Below, piece by piece: positions 28,770-37,616 of a stretch of DNA of 64,000 bases. Each line of letters opens with the position of its first letter. Positions within the stretch are counted from its first letter, which is position 1. This DNA is from Gammaproteobacteria bacterium. GTDB taxonomy: Bacteria > Pseudomonadota > Gammaproteobacteria > Steroidobacterales > Steroidobacteraceae. Location: positions 3,576 to 67,575 of the forward strand of contig JAJFKF010000063.1 in the NCBI GenBank assembly GCA_021773365.1, written 5' to 3'. Below the pieces are notes generated by a model, which saw only the letters and a program-made list of their open reading frames with translations, was not told the origin of the DNA and ran no database searches. A program made the translations under genes and the position numbers.

Positions 28770-30071
28770 ATGAAAAAGAGTCTCTATCTTCTTGTGGCAG
28801 TATTTTCCGGCGCGGCGTTTGCTGGCGGTGAAGTAAATCAAGGTGCGGCGACCGACGTCGTCGCCGTCAAGTTTTCCAAGGCGGTGCAGGTCATCGACCG
28901 GGCGATGCAGGCTGCCGCACAGACACGGGAATACTCCGCAGAGGTGGAGAAGCGCTATCTGACCAGGAATGACAATGCGGTAGCTGTGCCGCGTCGCTCC
29001 AAAGAGAGCTACTCTTTCCGTGCACCCGCCTGTCTCTGGGCCTTCAGCGATAGCGGCGGGACGGATCGGGACTCGGTGAAACTCGCCGACGGACAGTCTC
29101 ACTATACGTTCAAAGGCAGCCAGCCGCAGACGATCACAAAAATGGCAGCCGGCACCATTTCCGGCGCCACATTTGACGCCTATCCCAACGTGCATCTGTC
29201 CTTGTTGTCTCCCTTGACGATGCAGGTGTATTCGGTGGCTGCATACCGCGCAGACAAAGCTGTTGCGATGACTTACGGGGGACGCGAATTGATCGGTGGA
29301 GTGCTGTGCGACAGAGTTGAGTTCACTGTGCCGGTCCTTCCTCAGATCTGGCAAGAGGCGCGAAAAGCGAACGCCGCGCTGCCCGGAAAGCCCGGCGATT
29401 CGGTTCACACCTATTACTTCGGCACCGAAGATGGTCTGCTGCGCCGGCAACTGGTCGCGACTGAAATTCCAGGCGTTTCACAGGAGTGGTCGGAGGAGCA
29501 ATATACCGTCCGCAAAGTCGATCCGACCGAACAGTTCACATTGGCGCGGCTGGAAGCAGCAGTGAAGCTGATGGTGGTCGGCGGTTCGTTTCCCGTCATC
29601 AAGGATTCATTTAGCGCCAACGGGCAGCCCCTCCCTGCACTGGCAGCTACTGTCGAGGATGGCCACAAGCTGGACTGGAAGGACTATCACGGCAAGGTTC
29701 TTGTGGTGGAGACCTGGGCAACGTGGTGCAGATTCTGCAAGGAGGCCATGCCCTTTTACGAGAGGATGCGCCAGGAACTGAGCGGCAAGGGCGTCGTGTT
29801 CATGGCGTTGAACTTCGAGAAAGACAAGGCACTGTACGAAAAGTGGGTGAAGGACAACCGCAGCAAGTACGACTTCCTATACGCCCGTGCTGACGTGACG
29901 GACGAGAACTGGAATGCGGAGTTGACGAAGTTCAAAGGCGGCCTCCCATCGTTCTACGTAGTGGGTCGCGACGGCAATGTTGTCTCCGGTTACGGCGGAT
30001 TCGGCTACGGTTGGGGCAACGAGGACCCGCGCCTGCTGGTGGCTCTGGCAAAGGCCGGTGTGGATCGCTGA
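28770..30071 (+). CDS. secreted protein with an unknown about 300-aa N-terminal domain and a C-terminal TlpA-like thioredoxin domain
   Basis: Signal peptide MKKSLYLLVAVFSGAAFA. WATWCRFC (Cys codons at 29727 and 29736) within a thioredoxin-fold block (GKVLVVETWATWCRFCKEAMP...LPSFYVVGRDGNV). Confidence 0.75.
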   Translation: MKKSLYLLVAVFSGAAFAGGEVNQGAATDVVAVKFSKAVQVIDRAMQAAAQTREYSAEVEKRYLTRNDNAVAVPRRSKESYSFRAPACLWAFSDSGGTDRDSVKLADGQSHYTFKGSQPQTITKMAAGTISGATFDAYPNVHLSLLSPLTMQVYSVAAYRADKAVAMTYGGRELIGGVLCDRVEFTVPVLPQIWQEARKANAALPGKPGDSVHTYYFGTEDGLLRRQLVATEIPGVSQEWSEEQYTVRKVDPTEQFTLARLEAAVKLMVVGGSFPVIKDSFSANGQPLPALAATVEDGHKLDWKDYHGKVLVVETWATWCRFCKEAMPFYERMRQELSGKGVVFMALNFEKDKALYEKWVKDNRSKYDFLYARADVTDENWNAELTKFKGGLPSFYVVGRDGNVVSGYGGFGYGWGNEDPRLLVALAKAGVDR

Positions 30072-30304
30072 CGCTGCGCCGAAATCGAGGCCATTTGTAT
30101 ACTGACGTTGCTCCGCCAGAGAACATCAAACACTTCTTACGCACTGGGTAATCCCGCCATTTTTTGCCATAGCTAAAAGTACGGGGGCACTGCCGGTGTA
30201 CATTGCCCGCGGCAAGCGCTGGGTTTACCGCACCATCTGCGGCTGTGGTGGCTTGCTGGACTTTCCTCAGGCCGCCATCGAGATGGGTTATGACACCTGC
30301 TGTC

Positions 30305-31159
30305 TCAGCGCAACAACAGGATGGGAATCCGGCACGTGCGAATCATCGCCGTGGTGGTGCTGCCGATAATGAGCTGGCGGATCCGGGAGTGGCCGTAGGC
30401 GCCCATCACCAATAGATCGATCGTGTTTTCGGTGACGTACTGTGCGATTACCGCCTCGGCGTGACCGGGGTGAATGCTCACGTGACTTTCAAATCCACCG
30501 TCAGCCAGTTTCTGCTGCGCCCACTGCAGCTGGGCGCGGGCATCGGCCGTGTCGTTGCCGGCCATCACCAGGTGACAGGGCAGCCCCTTGAAGAGTGGGC
30601 TCGAAGCGATTAGATCGATTCCCTTGCGGGTGGTCTCACTGCCGTCGAAGGCCATGGCGAAGCGTGCGATCGGTCTGAATTGCCGCGAGGCGACTAGCAG
30701 CGGGCGATGAACTGCGCGAACGGTGCGCTCGAGTTCCGCGCCGAGATGCATCTTGGCAAAGTCCGCGTGCTCGCCGCGCTTTCCCAGGACGAAGAGCCGG
30801 ACTTCGGCCTCCAGCTCACACAATGTTTCGACCAGGGAGCCATGTCGCAAACGAGGTTCGACGTGCGTGATCCCCTCTTCCTTTGCCTGTCGAGCCGCAT
30901 TGTCGAGTATCCCGCGGCCTCGTTGCTGAGCAATCTTGCTGCGTTTCTCATCGAGCGCGGCGAGCTCCGACAACAGATGTTCCTGTGCATCGAGGCCAAT
31001 ACTCCCGCTCAAATCTCTCGTTGGCGCCGTTTCGGGGTGGCGATCGAGCACATGAAGAAAGTCCAGCGCCACGCCCAGACGTTTCGCTGCCCAGATGGCG
31101 TGATCGCAAACGCTCTGCGTGTACACGGAGTCGTCGATGCATGCGAGTACCTTGTTCAT
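30305..31159 (-). CDS. tandem-domain universal stress protein (UspA family)
   Basis: 284 aa with two Usp repeats, the second ending LLVMGAYGHSRIRQLIIGSTTTAMIRTCRIPILLLR (G-2x-G-9x-G-S/T motif). Confidence 0.85.
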   Translation of the reverse strand: MNKVLACIDDSVYTQSVCDHAIWAAKRLGVALDFLHVLDRHPETAPTRDLSGSIGLDAQEHLLSELAALDEKRSKIAQQRGRGILDNAARQAKEEGITHVEPRLRHGSLVETLCELEAEVRLFVLGKRGEHADFAKMHLGAELERTVRAVHRPLLVASRQFRPIARFAMAFDGSETTRKGIDLIASSPLFKGLPCHLVMAGNDTADARAQLQWAQQKLADGGFESHVSIHPGHAEAVIAQYVTENTIDLLVMGAYGHSRIRQLIIGSTTTAMIRTCRIPILLLR

Positions 31160-31175
31160 TCCTCACCTCTCTTCG

Positions 31176-32651
31176 TCAGTGCCCCATCAGGCGTTCGGCC
31201 TCAGGTTTGTCGTGGACGGAGAATTTATCGACGAGTGTCGTACTTGCTTCGTTCATGCCGACGATCTCGACTTCGGCGCCTTCACGGCGGAATTTCAGGA
31301 CGATCTTGTCGAGGGCCGTCACGGCCGTGATGTCCCAGAAATGAGCATGGCTGACATCGATGCGGACGCGCTCGATGGCTTCCTTGAAATCGAAGCCCGC
31401 GATGAAGCTATCCGCCGAGGCGAAGAATATCTGCCCGGTTACGAGGTAGTGACGCGCCTTGCCCTCATCCACGACCGTCGAGCCGATGTGCAGGACTTTC
31501 CCCACCTTGCGCGCAAAGAACAGGGCGCTGAGCAGGACTCCGACCAGCACGCCCCTGGCCAGGTCATGCGTGGCGACGACGACAATCACGGTGGCGATCA
31601 TTACAATGCTGGAGCTTTTGGGGTGCACTCGCAGCTTGAGCAGGGAATCCCAACTGAACGTGCCGATCGAGACCATGATCATGACCGCCACGAGTGCAGC
31701 CATTGGGATGCGTTCCACCCAGTCACTCAGGAACACGATCAGCAGCAGCAGAAACACGCCGGCCGCGAGTGTCGAGAGTCTGCCGCGGCCACCGGATTTC
31801 ACGTTGATCACCGATTGACCGATCATCGCGCAGCCGGCCATGCCGCCCAGAAAGCCGGAGACGATATTGGCTACCCCCTGACCTGCGCATTCGCGACTCT
31901 TGTTGCTCTGCGTGTCGGTGAGATCATCGACACTCGCGGCGGTCAGAAGCGACTCCAGCAGCCCGACGACAGCCAGGGTGAGGGCATAGGGCAGTATGAT
32001 CTGCAGCGTTTCCAGCGTGAATGGAACCTGTGGCAGCAAGAACATTGGCAGCGTACTGGGTAACTCCCCCATGTCGCCGACGCTACGTACGTCGAGTCCC
32101 AGCCAGATCGCGATGCCCGTGAGTACCACGATGCACACCAGTGGCGAAGGAATCGACCGCGTGGCATAGGGAAACAAGTAGATGATTCCCAACCCTGCTG
32201 CCACCATCGCGTAGACGATCCAGTTCGCACCGATGAGCTCGGGCAGCTGAGCCAGGAAGATCAGAATTGCCAGTGCGTTGACGAAGCCAGTGATGACGGA
32301 GCGGGAGATGAAGCGCATCACAACGCCCAGGCGGAACACGCCGGCCAGAATCTGAAACACGCCTGTGAGCAGCGTGGCAGCCAGCAGGTACTGCAATCCG
32401 TGTTCCTTGACGAGCGTGACCATAAGCAATGCCATGGCGCCCGTCGCTGCGGAAATCATGCCGGGCCTGCCGCCCGTGAAGGCGATGACGACCGCAATTG
32501 AAAATGCGGCATAGAGGCCAACCCTGGGATCGACCCCCGCAATCACCGAGAAGGCGATGGCTTCCGGGATCAGAGCCAGCGCCACGACCATACCGGCGAG
32601 CAGATCGCCCCGCACATTGGAGAACCAATCCTGTCGAACAGATTTAAACAT
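31176..32651 (-). CDS. SulP-family anion (sulfate/bicarbonate) transporter with C-terminal STAS domain
   Basis: 491 aa, multi-TM, with [25 protein letters not shown] and a STAS-like C-terminus ([16 protein letters not shown]...[12 protein letters not shown]). Confidence 0.9.
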   Translation of the reverse strand: MFKSVRQDWFSNVRGDLLAGMVVALALIPEAIAFSVIAGVDPRVGLYAAFSIAVVIAFTGGRPGMISAATGAMALLMVTLVKEHGLQYLLAATLLTGVFQILAGVFRLGVVMRFISRSVITGFVNALAILIFLAQLPELIGANWIVYAMVAAGLGIIYLFPYATRSIPSPLVCIVVLTGIAIWLGLDVRSVGDMGELPSTLPMFLLPQVPFTLETLQIILPYALTLAVVGLLESLLTAASVDDLTDTQSNKSRECAGQGVANIVSGFLGGMAGCAMIGQSVINVKSGGRGRLSTLAAGVFLLLLIVFLSDWVERIPMAALVAVMIMVSIGTFSWDSLLKLRVHPKSSSIVMIATVIVVVATHDLARGVLVGVLLSALFFARKVGKVLHIGSTVVDEGKARHYLVTGQIFFASADSFIAGFDFKEAIERVRIDVSHAHFWDITAVTALDKIVLKFRREGAEVEIVGMNEASTTLVDKFSVHDKPEAERLMGH

Positions 32652-32958
32652 CAGATAGCAAATTTTCTTTTGTAAGCCCGTCGGTCGACGGACTCAGCGG
32701 CAAGGAGAATCAAGTGTCCGGGAGGCGGCGAGCTGCGAAACGAGCGATTCAATCGCAGCCTGCAGAGCAGATGTAGTGTCAGGGTGGAGCAGCCACTGAA
32801 GGAAGAACGATTGCCGGACTTTGCAGTGGACTCATCAAAAGAGTCTACCTGAATGGGTAATCCGGCGCATCCAGAACATTCCCGGCATGCTTGGAAAAGT
32901 CTGCGCAGGTGGCGCAGGATATGCTGAGAAAAAGCAGCCAGTACCCCCGGCCGACCGC

Positions 32959-33153
32959 ATGGATCCACAGCGTACCAACGGACTCGACAATCCAGTACCG
33001 GCAAAACAGGCGGCGATCATCCTGGCAGGCCTGGCTTACACGGTGACGGCCATCTTCGTTTTCAGCCGTTTGACGCTTTGGGACCTGGTGATGTTGACAC
33101 TGGTGGCTATAGCGTTCGTTATCGCGCTGGCTGGGGCGTATGAAATGCTGTAA
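32959..33153 (+). CDS. possible small two-TM membrane protein
   Basis: ATG 32959 inside track ORF 32821..33153 gives a 64-aa product with two hydrophobic helices (AAIILAGLAYTVTAIFVF; LVMLTLVAIAFVIALAGA). No homology recognised. Confidence 0.25.
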   Translation: MDPQRTNGLDNPVPAKQAAIILAGLAYTVTAIFVFSRLTLWDLVMLTLVAIAFVIALAGAYEML

Positions 33154-33183
33154 GGAAGCCGCGCCGGCGGGGACTACCAAGAT

Positions 33184-33771
33184 ATGGCCGCTTCACTGCA
33201 AATGTCTTCCCTGAACGCCGCGGGCCTTGCTGGCCCATCCTCCGGGCAGGATGGCCTCTACGAACAGGTAGAGGCTGATTATGGCGCCTCCCTGGCCCGG
33301 CTCTCCCGCGCGTATGAAGCCGATCCCCATCTCAGGCGGGATCTATTGCAGGACATTCATCTGGCGATCTGGAGAAGTCTGGCCGCCTTCGATCAGCGCT
33401 GTGCCCTGCGCACATGGATCTATCGCGTAGCGCACAATGTGGGCGCCACGCATATCCTGCGCCGTAAGCGCCAGCAGATCCACCGGCTTGTCAGTCTGGA
33501 AGAGGTCGAAATCGCCGCGGATGAAACGGACATGGAGCGGCGTGTTGACGAATCCAGGGCATTGGACGGTTTGATCGCTTTGGTGCACACACTTCAGTCA
33601 CCGGACCGTGAGCTCTTCGTGTCCTACCTGGAGGGGCTTACGACCGAGGAGATTGCGCAGATCACAGGCCTGTCCACCGGTAATGTCGCGACCAAAGTTC
33701 ATCGAATCAAGCGCGTTCTGGTCAAGGCGTTTCACATGCGAGGCATTCATGAGCAACGAATCGGAAGGTAA
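33184..33771 (+). CDS. ECF-type sigma-70 family factor
   Basis: 195 aa with region 2 (DLLQDIHLAIWRSL...TWIYRVAHNV) and region 4 (GLTTEEIAQITGLSTGNVATKVHRIKRVL). Confidence 0.85.
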   Translation: MAASLQMSSLNAAGLAGPSSGQDGLYEQVEADYGASLARLSRAYEADPHLRRDLLQDIHLAIWRSLAAFDQRCALRTWIYRVAHNVGATHILRRKRQQIHRLVSLEEVEIAADETDMERRVDESRALDGLIALVHTLQSPDRELFVSYLEGLTTEEIAQITGLSTGNVATKVHRIKRVLVKAFHMRGIHEQRIGR

Positions 33772-34348
33772 TGATCCGCGTACACTGTGGCAGGCGCAGT
33801 CCATCGACGCACCGCGCATCTCGCTTCAGTTCGTGCGCAGCAGGATTCACGATCTCAAGCGCCGCGCGTGGCGCCGTAACGCCTTCGAGTACGTAGTGGG
33901 CGCGCTGGGCATCATTGTCAGTGCGTGGTTCATCTGGGCAATGCCGCTGCATGTACCCATCCTCAAGGTCGGCATGGGTCTGACGGGCCTGGCGGGGGTA
34001 TGGGTGATCTTTCGCTGGCATCGCAACGCGGCGGCACAGGATGTAGCGGCGGACCTGGGCGTACTGGATGCGCTGGCCTTCTATCGCCGCCAGCTCGAGC
34101 GCCAGCGCGACGTGCGCAAGAGCAACTGGCGGTGGTACCTGCTGCCTTTCGCACCGGGTATCGTTCTCTTGCTGGCGGGTATCCTCATTGAGTTCGACCC
34201 GGCGCCGTGGGCGCATTTCTGGTTCGGGGTCGGGTGGACTATTCTTGTGATAGGCACAGGCGTGTTCGTCAACGAGCGAGCGGCGCGCCGGCTCCAGCAG
34301 GACATCGATGCGTTGAACTCACTTCATGCAGTCGAACGCGGGCAGTAG
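33749..34348 (+). CDS. membrane protein, candidate cognate anti-sigma factor
   Basis: ATG 33749 (MSNESEGNDPRTLWQ...) overlaps the sigma gene's 3' end by 23 nt. About 199 aa with about four predicted TM helices. No ZAS or other anti-sigma motif seen, so the role is inferred from position only. Confidence 0.45.
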   Translation: MSNESEGNDPRTLWQAQSIDAPRISLQFVRSRIHDLKRRAWRRNAFEYVVGALGIIVSAWFIWAMPLHVPILKVGMGLTGLAGVWVIFRWHRNAAAQDVAADLGVLDALAFYRRQLERQRDVRKSNWRWYLLPFAPGIVLLLAGILIEFDPAPWAHFWFGVGWTILVIGTGVFVNERAARRLQQDIDALNSLHAVERGQ

Positions 34349-34384
34349 AGGAGGGCATGGCCACAGCGTGTCTCCGACTCTTTG

Positions 34385-34939
34385 TCAAGCCTCACGCAAA
34401 TTCTCCGCCAGCATGTTGCAAAACAGTGCGCCCTGTTCGATGGCGTCATCGAGCGCGATGTGAGTATGAGGGTGCGCGTCGAACCAGTGCCTGGGCATGC
34501 CGCCCTTGGTGCTCTTGCGGTAGTCCTTTCTGAGCAGCGCCATGGCATAGGTCTTGATGTCCAGCGCGGAAAAGCTGAACGGGCTCTCGCCCGCGAAGCG
34601 CATCAGGTACCAGTACACGAACAGGAAATCGAAGCCGGCTGGATAGCCGACGAATACAGGTTTGCCAGGAAGGGCCTTGAGCCAGGCGACATACCGCGGC
34701 ATCGCGACCTCTGGCGCCTCTGGATTCTGCCGGCAGGCGGTCCAGGCCTCGGGGTGCTTCGCCCACCATTCCGCTGTCTTCGGATCCGCCGTCGCGCCCG
34801 GCAGGGTTTCCAGGTTCGCGCTGAAGGTGCCGAGCAACTCCTTTCCAGCTGTATAGGCTGCCGACCCGAAGCTCAGCATGGAGTTCGGCCCGGGGATTGG
34901 GCCGTCGGCCTCGACATCGGTGCTCACGTAGATTTCCAT
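34385..34939 (-). CDS. DEDDh-type (DnaQ/RNase T-like) 3'-5' exonuclease
   Basis: ATG 34939 ([14 protein letters not shown]) preceded by GAGGAAG. Exo I DVEADG, Exo [13 protein letters not shown], Exo III HIALDDA. Confidence 0.7.
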   Translation of the reverse strand: MEIYVSTDVEADGPIPGPNSMLSFGSAAYTAGKELLGTFSANLETLPGATADPKTAEWWAKHPEAWTACRQNPEAPEVAMPRYVAWLKALPGKPVFVGYPAGFDFLFVYWYLMRFAGESPFSFSALDIKTYAMALLRKDYRKSTKGGMPRHWFDAHPHTHIALDDAIEQGALFCNMLAENLREA

Positions 34940-35007
34940 TGTCTCTTCCTCATAGTGCATGGATTCGGGGGTTAGAAGAAAATGACTAATCCCTGTCAGT
35001 GATCTCA

Positions 35008-35052
35008 TGATAAAGTATCACCACTTATAAATATGTGGGTATAAATTATCAC
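35008..35052 (+). promoter_or_regulatory. repeated ATAAAnTATCAC boxes upstream of abiEi (candidate AbiEi operator)
   Basis: TGATAAAGTATCAC at 35008-35021 (contains the palindrome TGATA-N3-TATCA) and GTATAAATTATCAC at 35039-35052, 31 bp apart, in the AT-rich divergent intergenic region. Confidence 0.3.
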
Positions 35053-35658
35053 ATGGTGCCTTCTAAAAAGCCCCTCCAGGAGATATCCGCTTCCTCGCGG
35101 AAGAAAGGCGTTCTGCGCTCGCGCGATCTCGCCCAGCAGGGTATTCATCCCCAGACCGTCAGCCGTCTTGTGCAGCAGGGCGAACTGACCCGCGCCGGCC
35201 GTGGCCGTTATCTGCTGCCAAAGAGTGAGCCCTCCGAGAACATCGGCCTCGCGCTGGCAGCCGTGGCAGCGCCCCAGGCTGTCGTCTGCCTGCTTTCAGC
35301 GCTTCGCTTTCATAACCTGGGCACGCAAGCTCCGCATGAAGTATGGATCGCGGTCGAGCGCCGGAACACACGCCCGCGGGTCGACTATCCGCCGGTCCGC
35401 GTCATGCGTTTTTCAGGCAGGGCATTCACTTTCGGAATTGAACGGTACGAGATCGACGGCATTCAGGTGAAAATCTACTCTGCGCCGAAAGCGGTCGCCG
35501 ATTGCTTTAAGTTTCGCAACAAGATAGGTCTTGACGTGGCGCTCGAAGCGCTGCGCGAAGGGCTGGTGGATAAGCAGTTTACGCGTGACGAGCTATGGGC
35601 AGCGGCGAAGGTGTGCCGGGTCACGACCGTCATTCGTCCTTATCTTGAAGTGCTGTAG
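35053..35658 (+). CDS. abiEi: AbiEi-family antitoxin/transcriptional regulator (type IV TA)
   Basis: ATG 35053 (MVPSKKPLQEI...); GTG 35035 is an alternative. N-terminal wHTH (GVLRSRDLAQQGIHPQTVSRLVQQGELTRAGRGRY) and C-terminal AbiEi_4-like region. Immediately upstream of abiEii. Confidence 0.8.
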   Translation: MVPSKKPLQEISASSRKKGVLRSRDLAQQGIHPQTVSRLVQQGELTRAGRGRYLLPKSEPSENIGLALAAVAAPQAVVCLLSALRFHNLGTQAPHEVWIAVERRNTRPRVDYPPVRVMRFSGRAFTFGIERYEIDGIQVKIYSAPKAVADCFKFRNKIGLDVALEALREGLVDKQFTRDELWAAAKVCRVTTVIRPYLEVL

Positions 35659-35677
35659 GCATTCAGGGAACGCGCTA

Positions 35678-36592
35678 GTGGCCAAAGACAAACCCCGCAA
35701 CATGCCCGCGTCCATTCGACAGCGGTTGCTGAACTATGGCGTCGCTGCCAAACTGGACCCAAATCTGACTTTGCTCTGGTACGCATTCGAGCGGCTGTTA
35801 TATCGGCTGTCGATCTCGCCATACGGTGACCGTTTTGTAGTTAAAGGGGCGATGCTCTTTCGAGTATGGGGTGGGCCAGAATTTCGGGCGACGAAGGATT
35901 TGGATTTGCTGGGCGCTGTACGCCAGGAGAGCGAGAGCCTCAAAGAAGCCTTTGCCGTAATCTGCAGGCAGCCTGTCGAAGATGATGGTTTGACCTTTGA
36001 TCCGGCGGGTATGCGTATCAGCGAGATCCGGATCAAAGAGGAATATGGCGGCTTGCGCGTGCTGCTGACCGCGAGGCTGGGGACGGCATTAATTCCGTTG
36101 CAGGTCGACGTCGGGTTTGGCGACGCGGTTACGCCGGCGGCAACTCATGAGGAATTTCCTTCCATGCTGGGCCAGCCTCGCGCACGAATCCGCGCTTATC
36201 CGCAGGAAACAGTCATTGCCGAAAAATATCAGGCGATGGTGGAGCGTGGTATGGCCAACACGCGGATCAAGGACTACTACGATATCTGGTATCTGTCGCG
36301 CCACTTCCAGTTTCATGGGTCTGTACTGGCGTCAGCAATTCGGGCGACTTTCAAGCGAAGAAATATGATGGTGCCTGAAGAACTGCCTATCGGTCTGACG
36401 TCAGCCTATGCCAAAGACACCGCGCATCAGCGGCAATGGAGGGCGTTTGTCTCCAGAATCGGAGCTGACTCGAGATTGGAATTTGAGGAAGTCCTGGAAG
36501 CCGTCGCTGTATTCATTCTGGCGCCTTCGCGCGCCGCTGCAGCAGGGGCCACTGTCACTATCGAGTGGCGTGACGGTGCGTGGCACGGCTAA
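35678..36592 (+). CDS. abiEii: AbiEii/DUF1814 nucleotidyltransferase toxin (type IV TA)
   Basis: Start at GTG 35678 or ATG 35702. FVVKGAMLFRVWGGPEFRATKDLDLLG is the characteristic NTase motif of AbiEii. Confidence 0.85.
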   Translation: MAKDKPRNMPASIRQRLLNYGVAAKLDPNLTLLWYAFERLLYRLSISPYGDRFVVKGAMLFRVWGGPEFRATKDLDLLGAVRQESESLKEAFAVICRQPVEDDGLTFDPAGMRISEIRIKEEYGGLRVLLTARLGTALIPLQVDVGFGDAVTPAATHEEFPSMLGQPRARIRAYPQETVIAEKYQAMVERGMANTRIKDYYDIWYLSRHFQFHGSVLASAIRATFKRRNMMVPEELPIGLTSAYAKDTAHQRQWRAFVSRIGADSRLEFEEVLEAVAVFILAPSRAAAAGATVTIEWRDGAWHG

Positions 36593-36759
36593 CCCGAAGG
36601 AAACGCCCGTGGAGGTGCCTCAATCCTAGTACGCACCTTGGCGCCAGCTATGTGTATCTGGGCGGAATGGAGGGGGCACATAGCAGCGTAGAGGGTTCTC
36701 GATGCCGAGCACCGGATTCGATTCTTTCGGATTCGCATGTCCGGCAATGAATCTCAATA

Positions 36760-37506
36760 TCACAGCAATTTGGCATCCAGATACTGAAGGGTTGTGCGGG
36801 CCAGGTTGATAAACAGAATGGCGTCAGCGTCACCGAGCAGTTGTTTGTTAGGGTGCGCGAGACTACCGCGATTGCGAGCGGGGTTCATGGCGTCAATCAC
36901 GGAGGCAAGCCCCAGCAGCGCTTTCCCGACGGTGTCCTGGTGCGGATCGGAATTCCGCAGGCGAGTATGTTTTTGGCGGAGTGCCTTGAACAAAGACGTC
37001 ATGGGGGCATCTGCAGGCACTGGGATTGACTCGGTCTCACAAGCCGCCTTGATATAGGCGTGTAACGCGGTGTGCACGCGGTCGATTGCGCTGGAGGGGC
37101 CGCTGGAGACGAGCAGGAGTTTAGCGTCAGCCAGGACACGCTCGAGAAGCTCGCTGGTCAACCGCAAATCGGTTGCATCGACTGCTGCTGTCTTATTGCA
37201 TCGCAGCGTAAGCGCTTTTAGTTGCTTGGTCGCTACAGCGGTTCGGGATACCGCTGAATCGACTGGATATTTTTTGGCGACGCCTCGCAGGATGGCCGCC
37301 TGCATCCGCCCGTCCGCGGAGCTCAAAATCTTAAGGAAGCGTTCCCGCGTCGTGCCTTCCAGATCGTCCGGGTTGATGTCGAGATCGCAGAATCCGGGGT
37401 AGAACTCGCGATGGGTCCGATAGGTAAAATCACCCAGATAACCCTCAGCAACGCCAATGTAGGTGTTCATGACCCAGTAGATCTCGCTCTGCTTGAGTTC
37501 TCCCAT
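36760..37506 (-). CDS. abortive-infection family protein with C-terminal Abi_C-like domain
   Basis: 248 aa. The C-terminal block AMNPARNRGSLAHPNKQLLGDADAILFINLARTTLQYLDAKL fits the Abi_C pattern as I remember it. The N-terminal domain is unassigned. Confidence 0.65.
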   Translation of the reverse strand: MGELKQSEIYWVMNTYIGVAEGYLGDFTYRTHREFYPGFCDLDINPDDLEGTTRERFLKILSSADGRMQAAILRGVAKKYPVDSAVSRTAVATKQLKALTLRCNKTAAVDATDLRLTSELLERVLADAKLLLVSSGPSSAIDRVHTALHAYIKAACETESIPVPADAPMTSLFKALRQKHTRLRNSDPHQDTVGKALLGLASVIDAMNPARNRGSLAHPNKQLLGDADAILFINLARTTLQYLDAKLL

Positions 37507-37616
37507 CGATCTGCTCTGTGGCTATCTGCGGATACTTGGCCAGGCTGCCTTAACTTTGGGCTCCGTCTCATGGCATGATATCGGAGTACGGATTCCAATG
37601 AAAAGAACGCCGACCC

